64,000 nt of DNA from Octopus sinensis (lineage: Eukaryota): NCBI RefSeq assembly GCF_006345805.1, contig NC_043025.1, forward strand, positions 16,368,001-16,432,000, in the 5' to 3' direction. Shown piece by piece: positions 24,998 through 35,800 of the stretch; the stretch's first letter is position 1, and the number at the start of each line of letters is the position of its first letter. The translations under genes and the position numbers were made by a program. The notes under the pieces were generated by a model, which made no database searches, had not been told where the DNA came from, and saw nothing but the letters and a program-made list of their open reading frames with translations.

Positions 24998-27524
24998 GTC
25001 TGTCTGTCTATCTGTCTGTCTGTCTGTCTTTCTATCTATCTATTTGTCTGTCTGTCGCTCTGTCTGTCTATCTATCTATCTATCTATCTATCTTTATCTA
25101 TCTGTCTGTCTGTCTGTCTGTCTATCTGTCTGTCTGTCTGTCTGTCTATCTGTCTGTCTGTCTGTCTGTCTATCTGTCTGTCTGTCTGTCTTTCTATCTA
25201 TCTATTTGTCTGTCTGTCGCTCTGTCTGTCTATCTATCTATTTGTCTGCCTGTCTCTCTGTCTATCTATCTGTCTGGCTGTCTGTATGCCTGTCTGTCTG
25301 CCTATCTGTCTGTTTATCTGGCTGGCTGTCTGTCTGCCTGTCTGTCTGTCTATTTGTCTTTCTATCTATCTGTCTATCTGTCTATCTGTCTGTCTGTCTG
25401 TATGTCTGTCTGTCTTTCTATCTATCTGTCTGTCTGTCTGTCTTTCTATCTATCTGTCTGTCTGTCTGTCTGTCTTTCTATATATCTGTCTGTCTGTCTT
25501 TCTATCTGTCTATCTGTCTGTCTGTCTTTCTATCTATCTGTCTGTCTGTCTATCTTTCTATCTGTCTATCTGTCTTTCTATATATCTGTCTATCTTTCTA
25601 TCTGTCTATCTGTCTGTCTGTCTGTCTTTCTATCTATCTGTCTGTCTGTCTGTCTTTCTATCTATCTGTCTGTCTGTCTATCTTTCTATCTGTCTATCTG
25701 TCTGTCTGTCTTTCTATCTATCTGTCTGTCTGTCTTTCTATATATCTGTCTGTCTGTCTTTCTATCTATCTGTCTGTCTGTCTGTCTTTCTATCTATCTG
25801 TCTGTCTGTCTGTCTTTCTATATATCTGTCTGTCTGTCTTTCTATCTGTCTGTCTGTCTTTCTATCTGTCTATCTGTCTGTCTATCTATCTGTCTATCTT
25901 TCTGTCTGTCTGTCTGTCTTTCTTTCTATCTATCTGTCTGTCTGTCTGTCTTTCTATCTGTCTACCTGTCTGTCTACCTGTCTGTCTACCTCTGCAGGTT
26001 TCATTGTCCAGGAGCTTCAACAGATCTACGAAGGCGGCCTCTGTGAGTACAGCTACTCCTACAGCAACATCATGGACTTCGCCATGCTCTCCCTCTACAC
26101 CATGTGTTTCTCGCTGCGGTTCTGCATTTTATTCAAGGTTGGTGGATCGTATCTAGTTTCTTTTATGTGTGCGTATATATTTGTATATATGCCTGTGTGC
26201 ATACATATAAAGGATATATGTATGTATACAGTGGCTGTGTGGTAAGTAGATTGCTTACCAACCACATGGTTCCGGGTTCAGTCCCACTGCGTGGCACCTT
26301 GGGCAAGTGTCTTCTACTATAGACTCGGGCCGACCAAAGCCCTGTGAGTGGATATGGTAGACGGAAACTGAAAGAAGCCCGTCGTATATATGTATATATA
26401 TATGAGTGTGTATGTGTTTGTGTCTGTGTTTGTCCCCCAAGCATTGCTTGACAACCGATGCTGGTGTGTTTATGTCCCCGTTACTTAGCTGTTCGGCAAA
26501 AGAGACCGATAGAATAAGTACTGGGCTTACAAAAGAATAAGTCCCGGGATCGAGTTGCTCGACTAAAGGCGGTGCTCCAGCATGGCCGCAGTCAAAATGA
26601 CTGAAACAAGTAAAGAAAAATAAAAAGAAAAAAAATAGGCGCAGGAGTGGCTGTTTGGTAAGTAGCTTGCTAACCAACCACATGGTTCCGGGTTCAGTCC
26701 CACTGCGTGGCATCTTGGGCAAGTGTCTTCTGCTATAGCCCGGGCCGACCAATGCCTTGTGAGTGGATTTGGTAGACGGAAACTGAAAGAAGCCTGTCGT
26801 ATATATGTATATATATAATAAAAGTGTGTGTGATATGTTTGTGTGTCTGTGTTGTTCCCCTAGCATGCTTGACAACCGATGCTGGTGTGTTTACGTCCCC
26901 GTCACTTAGCGGTTCGGCAAAAGAGACCGATAGAATAAGTACTGGGCTTACAAAAGAATAAGTCCCGGGATCGAGTTGCTCGACTAAAGGCGGTGCTCCA
27001 GCATGGCCGCAGTCAAAATGACTGAAACAAGTAAAGAAAAAAAAATAGAAAAAAAATAGTGTGTATGTGTGTGTACGAACAAACATTTAAATTAGTTCAC
27101 AGAATGTTTGAGTCGTATTTGATCTCTCGACCGGCGTTTTGCTCTGCTCTTCGTTTTCATCAGTAACATAGCAATGACTGGAATACCGGATTCCTTATAG
27201 AAAACCAACAGACATTAGCTACTGTCTGGGTCAAGTGACCATTCGGTCACGGTAAAATACAGGCACTTCATACTGATGAGAGTGTAAAGAGCTTGAAACG
27301 TATACAGCAGTCCCTGGGGGGGGGGCCGCTTTGAAATGAGTTTGGTGTTTTAACTTTTGCGCACAGTAAGATTTTTTCTCCGTGCCATGCCGCAGTGAAA
27401 ATGGACATTTTGTCGGTCAAATCTGTCCCGAATATTTTTTGAACTGATTTGAAAGTTTATTTCCCTTTCTGCTTTGCATGCCAACCAAGTGTGTGTGTCT
27501 GTGCGTGTGTGTGAGACAGAGAGC

Positions 27525-27572
<48 letters not shown>

Positions 27573-30026
27573 GTGTAACTGGGTGTGTATGTGTGTGTAT
27601 ATATATGTGTGTGTGTGTGTGGAGGCATACGGCCCAGTGGTTAGAGCAGCGGACTCGCGGTCAAGGGACCGCGGGTTCGAATCTCAGACTGGGCGATGTG
27701 TGTGTTTATGAGCGAAACACCTAAGCTCCATGCGGCTCCGGCAGAAGGTAATGGCGACCTTCTGCTGACTCTTTCGCCACAACTTTCTCTTACTCTTTCC
27801 TCCTGCATCTTGCAGCTCACCGGCATCTCGTCCAGGTGGGGAACCTATACGCCAAGAAAACCGGGAAACCGACCCTAATGAGCCAGCCATGGCTCGAGAA
27901 GGAAGAAACTATATATATATATATGTGTACATACATACATACATACATACATACATACATACATACATACATACATACATACATACATACATACATACAT
28001 ACATACATACATACATAGATAGATAGATAGATAGATGATGGCTGTCCACTCGTGACCAAGGAAGATCATTGCTAACCTTCAGGAACATTGTGTGCTCTAG
28101 GACTAATATTTTGCATTTGCGGAACCGTTGGTGGCTAAAAAGCCCCGCTCTTGACAAGCATACACGACTGCAAACATTGCAGACCAAGCTTTCCCCATTC
28201 ACTATATGAGCCGTTGCTTTCGCGCAGCTCGCTTAAGTTCTTCATGCTGGATATGTGCTCTCTCAAAAGGGTCGACCCCCTCCTTAACCTGCTTCCTCCA
28301 TCTGTGGCGATGACAGGCATTGCTCTCCCAGTCAGTCTCTTGCATATCAAAGACCTTTAATGAGGACTTGACAAAGTTCTTAAATCGCAGCCTTGGTTTC
28401 TGCTGGGGTCTCTTTCCATTCACAAGTTCCCCATATAGCATCAGTTTAGGGGTCCTGCTATCCTTCATTCTAAAACATATAATATATATATATATACATG
28501 TATATAAATTAGAAAAAACTACCTTTTATCAATACAAAATTTCGCCATTTTCATTGGAACAAGTATAGTATTCTATTTGTTTACACTAAAACTTCACGCG
28601 TCTAATTTTTATAAACACTAAGACCTTTACAGTTTAGGGGTCCTGCTATCCTTCATTCTAAAACATATATATATATATTATATATATATACATGTATATA
28701 AATTAGAAAAAACTACCTTTTATCAATACAAAATTTCGCCATTTTCATTGATAATTTATTCTATCTGTTTACACTAAAACTTCACGCGTTTAATTTTTAT
28801 AAATACTAAGACCTTTATATTTTTCTACGTTTAAAATTCAGTTATATTTTTTTCCTTCGTCAAGCTAAGTAATGGTTTTTGCTTATAAATATTATTTGGC
28901 TTTTGAATTATATTGAGTTTGATTATTATTGTTATTATTATTGTTATTATTATTGTTGTTAAAATATTATTATTTTTATATATATTGATAGTTATAAGTT
29001 ATGATGGTTATTAATTATGATATCTATTTATATAGAATGCTTTATTATTATTTTTATAAAGGGATTTAACGTATTACATATAATTTAATTTGAGAATTAG
29101 TTTTATTAGACAATACATTATTAAATAATTAGGTGGTATTTTTATTAAGTAGTATTACATTTAAGTAAATTAAGTTTTATATTAATTGATATTTTGGTCA
29201 ACTATATTTTGAGTGATATATAAATCTATAGATACTACATATATATATTAATTATATAGTTAGTTAATAATGAGTGTGTCTATATTTGAACCATTTCTTA
29301 TTTTTGATTCCAGTATTTATGGCTTGTACGGCATGTGTATATTAATTAATTAAGGTTTTTAGTATTAATTGCTTAATGGATATTAGATTTATTTGGATGT
29401 TCATTAATAAATACTATTAATAAGTTGATTAAATGTATATAGTTTAAAGTTGGTGTATTTAGTTTTCTAAATCTTATATCTTATATATATAATATATATA
29501 TATATATATATTAAATAATATATTTATATCTTAAATGATTTTTAGGTATATATATTAATTAATTATTTCATTATTGTAGTTATCTTTAATGTATACACGT
29601 ATTTCTACACGCAACGCAAGACTAAATCTACACACATACTCAGTCAGCTTCTCTCTCTTCCTCCTTCTCTCACAGAGGCAACAGTCGACCCAATACCTCC
29701 AAGAACTCTCCAATGGAACCATCAATTTTATGGAAAAATTCTACGATGTATATTGGTTGAATGCAGGTGAGTGTTGATCTCGTACACTTCTGAATAAATC
29801 GCTTCATGTACGCACACACACCATACATATACATACATATACATACCTATATATTACATATACATATATACTTTTACGTATACGTACACACATGAGCGGT
29901 ATAGTTTGATGAGTACTAACGCGTGAAACTCAAGGACCTTTAGTCACTCTGGTGATTCTGCTAAATATTAGTGAAAAATATATACATACACACATACATG
30001 TATATGTGTGTGTGTGTGTATGCATA

Positions 30027-30060
<34 letters not shown>

Positions 30061-30269
30061 GTGTGTGTGTATGTGTGTATATGTGTATATGTATGTATGT
30101 ATGTATGTATACATATATATATATATATATATATTAATATATATATAAATGTGCGTTGAGAAATAAATGGCAAAACTGCATGAGTTTTGTTTTCATCGTC
30201 ATCGGCTTACAGTTGTTTCTTCTGTTACGAACTGTGATATCTTATAGCTTCCTCAGAACTATTGGCTTG

Positions 30270-30330
<61 letters not shown>

Positions 30331-30909
30331 CACGAGGGGTGCTGAAAGGTTCCTGGCTTTGCCTTAAAGAAAATACTAGAAGTTCAGTTAATTATGATTT
30401 TACTCAATATATTCCCTTCTCAGATTCATTCACTTATTGCATTGGTCCTTCAGCTTTTCTAATCCCTGTGAAAAGAACTTGGAAGGTTGGGCCTCCAGCC
30501 AGGCCCTTCACGACACCCTGAAAGTCAGGAACTTTTCAGCCCTTCGTATACATACATACATTATATATATATATTATAGCGCCACCACCACCAGCACCAC
30601 CGCCTCTACCACTCTACCTTTCCACACCAGATCGTTATTATTGGAACAAAGACGACCCAGAGAATGTGGCTGAGGCCTTGTTTGCTGTGGCAAATATACT
30701 CAGTTTCGCCAGGATCTCATATATTCTGCCAGCTAATGCCACCCTGGGACCGTTACAGATCTCAATCGGGAGAATGGTCAAGGTTAGTAAATACACTTCT
30801 GTTTGTTTGGTTCTTGTTGTTGTTTAGAATTGAGGTCCTCCGGTCTTTTACTCAGACTTAGTGTATCACAGTAGTACATTAATAAATTCTTTCCTACTGC
30901 TGCTGCTGC

Positions 30910-30949
<40 letters not shown>

Positions 30950-32389
30950 ATAGTAGTTGCTTAGCCCCAGGTCAGTCCAGTTGATCTGCAATCAAAGATG
31001 TTCCAGCTGTGACCATCCTGTCTTTTATTCAGGCATAGTGTATCTAGGACTGCATTATCTAATGTGCCCATCCTTGTTGTTTTTTAGCCCCAGGTCAGTC
31101 CTGACTCTGTAGGCCTGTGATCATAGATATTCCAGCTGTGACCATCCTGTCTTTTAATCAGACATAGTATACCTTGGACTCCATTATTTAATGTGCCTTT
31201 CTTCCCTTTCTGATGCTGAGCTCTTTATTTGCTCTTATCCGATAATTAAAAGTGTTCCATCTGTGACCATCCCTTCTTTTATTTGAGCAGAGTCTAACTT
31301 GGACTACGTAGCTTAAAGTGACCCTTTAAAGTGACCCTAGGTTGGCCTGTCATTGATTTAAAGGTGTAAATATAATATAGTACCAGTTGCATACTGAGGT
31401 GATGGCAAATGGCTACTACAACAAATACTACTACTACTACTGATGATGGAGGAGGATGATAGCGACAGGGAAGAAAGAAAAGTCGACTGATATGACAGGT
31501 TAGCTTGGAAGGTGGAGCAGTTTTGGTCGATGAAAAAGGTGGAAGTAGTACCAATAATTGCCGGAGTCCGGGGAACCATGCGTAAAAACCTTGAGAAGTA
31601 CATAGAACAAATAGGGGCTGCAATAAGGGTGGAGCCCGAGCAGAAAACAGTTCTACTTGGAACCGCTCAAATACTCCAGATGGCGCTCGGAAAATAAGGG
31701 GTGTTACCTTAGTTCACTGGTAGTGAACAGCTGCTACTGCAGTACATCTCCAGCATTAGAAGCTATGCAAAGACAATAAATAATAATAATACTAATAACA
31801 ACAGCAACAATAACAACAAAAACAACAATAATAATAATAATGCAGTATCAGGCAGTGTCTCTCATGGCTGTTGATCTTAACTAATTTGGAAGTATTATCA
31901 TGTACATTGTTTTGTCTTGGTATAAAAGATGGCCTACAGCAAATATTCTGCTCAATACCACAGATTTGCTTGTCATTTGCTTGATTTTAACCAGTTGACC
32001 ATGTCCCTTAGTGGCTGACGATATGTGCATCTCTGATCACGAGCAGAACTAGTGGGGGAGCACAATAGCCATTTGTTGAGAGGAATTCTTTGGGGCTTCA
32101 ATAATTCACCTCTGGAAACATGGGTGTTTCATTCAACATCCTTAAACAACCCTTATTCAGGGACCTTTTGAGCGGGATGGGTTACTCGACCTGAAGAAAA
32201 TTCTACCTGGGCCCCACCTGCAAGGTCATGTGCTGTTTATCTTGATATGAGATCACCATGTCGCGCACATATGGTTGTGATGCATGTGCCTGGTGTACCC
32301 TTATCAGACGGGTAGTCATGATGGGTATACTGGGCTTCGTATATTTTTACCCCAGTGTCACTTTGATGGCATGCTCTGCTCGCTCACTC

Positions 32390-32442
<53 letters not shown>

Positions 32443-32827
32443 TAATAATAATAATAACAATAATAATAATAATAATAATGACGATGATAATAAGGAACTG
32501 AAAATTATTAAAGGATGATCCCTGGTTTACCATCCATGCACGAAATGTAAAAGATTGTCTCAACTGGTATGTCACATATACCGAGAAGAACATTGTTGCT
32601 GTGAATTTTCTTTGTTTTTTTATTTTTCATATTTTTTCCCTTTGTTTAAAAAAGTTTTTTTTCTTCGCTTTTTCTTTCTTTCTTCCCCCTTTTCGTCTGT
32701 CACATGACTTTGTAAATGAACAATCTCATTGCCCTTATTTTGCTGGTCAACAAATGTATACAGTAAGTTTCTTTGCCCTGGGTGTCGGGAAGACATCCAG
32801 CAAGAAATGGAAAGAAAATTGAAAGAT

Positions 32828-32860
<33 letters not shown>

Positions 32861-35800
32861 AATAATAATAATAATGTTCTTGTTTATTTTCTAACCAGGA
32901 GATATTGAAGTTCTTCCTGCTGTTCTGTTTGGTGTTGGCAGCTTTTATTGTTGGACTTCAGAACCTTTATTGGTATTACGGGGTCAAAGAACATTTGAAG
33001 ATTGTCCCTAGGAATGTTACCGTCAAGGCAAGCGTCAGTTTCGGAGAGTGAGTAGACATTTGTCGAGGGATGGATGGGTGTGCGTGTGGCTGTGTGTAAG
33101 TGTGTGGCTGTGTGTGAGTGAGTAGATATCCATCGAGAGATGTGTCTGTATATTTGTGTGTAAGTGTGTGCGTATGAGTGTGTGTGACTGTGTGTACATA
33201 TGAGTGTGTGTGAGTGTGTGTGTGAGACTGTGTGTACATATGAGTGTGTGTGTGTGTGTGTGTGAGACTGTGTGTACATATGAGTGTGTGTGTGTGTGTG
33301 ACTGTGTGTACATATGAGTGTGTGTGTGACTGTGTGTACATATGAGTGTGTGTGTGTGTGTGTGTGTGTACATATGAGTGTGTGTGTACATATGGTGTGG
33401 TGTTGTGTGTGTGACTGTGTGTACATATGAGTGTGTGTGTGTGGTACAATGAGTGTGGTGTGTGACTGTGTGTACATATGAGTGTGTGTGTGTGTGACCG
33501 TGTGTACATATGAGTGTGTGTGTGTGTGTGTGTGACTGTGTGTACATATGAGTGTGTGTGTGTGTGTGTGTGTGTGAGACTGTGTGTACATATGAGTGTG
33601 GTGTGACTGTGTACATATGAGTGTGTGGTGTTGACTGTGTGTACATATGAGTGTGTGTGTGTGTGTGGACTGTGTGTACATATGAGTGTGTGTGTGGTGG
33701 ACTGTGTGTACATATGAGTGTGTGTGTGTGTGACTGTGTGTACATATGAGTGTGTGTGTGGTGTGTGGACTGTGTGTACAATGAGTGTGTGTGTGTGTGT
33801 GTGTGTGTGATTGTGTGTACATATGAGTGTGTGTGTATGTATGTATGTGTGGTGTGTGTGTATGTATGTATGTATGTATGTGTATGTATGTATGTATGTA
33901 TGTATGTGTGTGTGTTGTGTGGGTATGTATGTATGTATGTATGATGACATACGTATGATGTATGTATGTGTGTGCGGTATGTATGTATGTATGTATGTTT
34001 GTATGTATGTGTGTGTATGTGTGGTTCGGTATGTATGTATGTATGTATGTATGTATGTTTGTATGTATGTATGTATGTGTGTGCGTGTATGTATGTATGT
34101 ATGTATGTTTGTATGTATGTATGTAGGTATGTATGTGTGTGCGTGTATGTATGTATGTATGTATGTTTGTATGTATGTGTGTATGTGTGTGCGTGTATGT
34201 ATGTATGTATGTATGTATGTATGTTTGTATGTATGTATGTATGTGTGTGCGTGTATGTATGTATGTATGTATGTTTGTATGTATGTATGTATGTATGTGT
34301 ATGTGTGTATGTATGTATGTATGTATGTTTGTATGTATGTGTGTATGTGTGTGCGTGTATGTATGTATGTATGTATGTTTGTATGTATGTGTGTATGTGT
34401 GTGCGTGTATGTATGTATGTATGTATGTTTGTATGTATGTGTGTATGTGTGTGCGTGTATGTATGTATGTATGTATGTATGTATGTTTGTATGTATGTAT
34501 GTATGTGTGTGCGTGTATGTATGTATGTATGTATGTTTGTATGTATGTATGTAGGTATGTATGTGTGTGCGTGTATGTATGTATGTATGTATGTTGTATG
34601 TAGTGTGTGGTGTGTGTGTGCGTGTATGTATGTATGTATGTATGTATGTATGTTTGTATGTATGTATGTATGTGTGTGTGCGTGTATTATGTATGTATGT
34701 ATTGTATGTTATGTTGTAGTATGTATGTATGTATGTAGTGTATGTGTGTATGTATGTATGTATGTTTGTATGTATGTGGTATGTGTGTGCGTGTTGTATG
34801 TATGTATGATGTATGTATGTATGTAGTATGTATGTGTGTGCGTGTATGTATGTATGTATGTATGTTTGTATGTAGTGTATGTGTGTGCGGTGTATGTATG
34901 TATGTATGTATGTATGTATGTTTGTATGTATGTATGTATGTGTGTGCGTGTGTATGTATGTATGTATGTATGTTTGTATGTATGTATGTATGTGTGTATG
35001 TGTGTATGTATGTATGTATGTATGTTTGTATGTATGTATGTATGAATGTATGTATTATGTATGTATATATATATATGTTATGTATGTATGTATGTAATAT
35101 GTATGTATGTATGTATGTATGTGTGTGCGGTATGTATGTATGTAGTATGATGTTTGTATGTTGTATGTATGTGTGTATGTGTATGTAGTATGTATGTGTG
35201 TATGTTGTTGATGTATGTATGTATGTATGTATGTATGTATGTTTGTATGTATAAATGTATGTATGTATGTATATATATATATATGTAAGTATGTATGTAT
35301 GTATGTATGTATGTGTGTATGTATGTATAAATGTATGTATGTATGTGTGTATGTATGTATGTGTGTATGTATGTATGTATAAATGTATGTATGTATGTGT
35401 GTATGTATGTATGTTTTTATATATGTTTATATGTATCTGCATCAATGAAAGTTGAATTTCAAAAAAGATGAGTCACTGAAGCACAAATCTGTTCCCACTG
35501 TATAACTCTTGTACTCCAGTGATCACAAAGCATTTATATGTTATGCAGGCATACTCTATATCGTGTATTGAGTACTATTTCTCCTATTTACAGATCCAAA
35601 CTCGCTTGCATATGTATGTGTTGTGTGTATGTTATGTGCGTGTGTGTTGCGTGTACGTACGAGTGTATGTATGCATATGTGTACACACACACACACTCAC
35701 ACACACACACACACTCACACACACACACACACTCACACACACACAACACACACACTCTCACACACAGACACACAATCACGTGTGTATAACTAAACGAACA

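Noticed and set aside
24087-26245. 600-690 aa ORFs
   Set aside because: Translations of the (TCTG/TCTA)n satellite; only 25998-26137 is a real exon.
27140-27190. Minus-strand CTGATGA hammerhead candidate
   Set aside because: No helix II, no GAAA, no helix I pairing.
27620-27695. Possible tRNA gene
   Set aside because: A and B boxes are present but there is no acceptor-stem closure; it continues into a SINE body and tail.
28820-29600. Mitochondrial insertion (NUMT)
   Set aside because: Composition is suggestive, but I could not read any mitochondrial gene, rRNA or tRNA; faint Penelope traces fit better. Not excluded without BLAST.
29905-29935. TTGATGA...GAAACTC hammerhead candidate (similar at 44195-44235, 62728-62755 and 9915-9960)
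   Set aside because: Core or helices missing; not distinguishable from chance.
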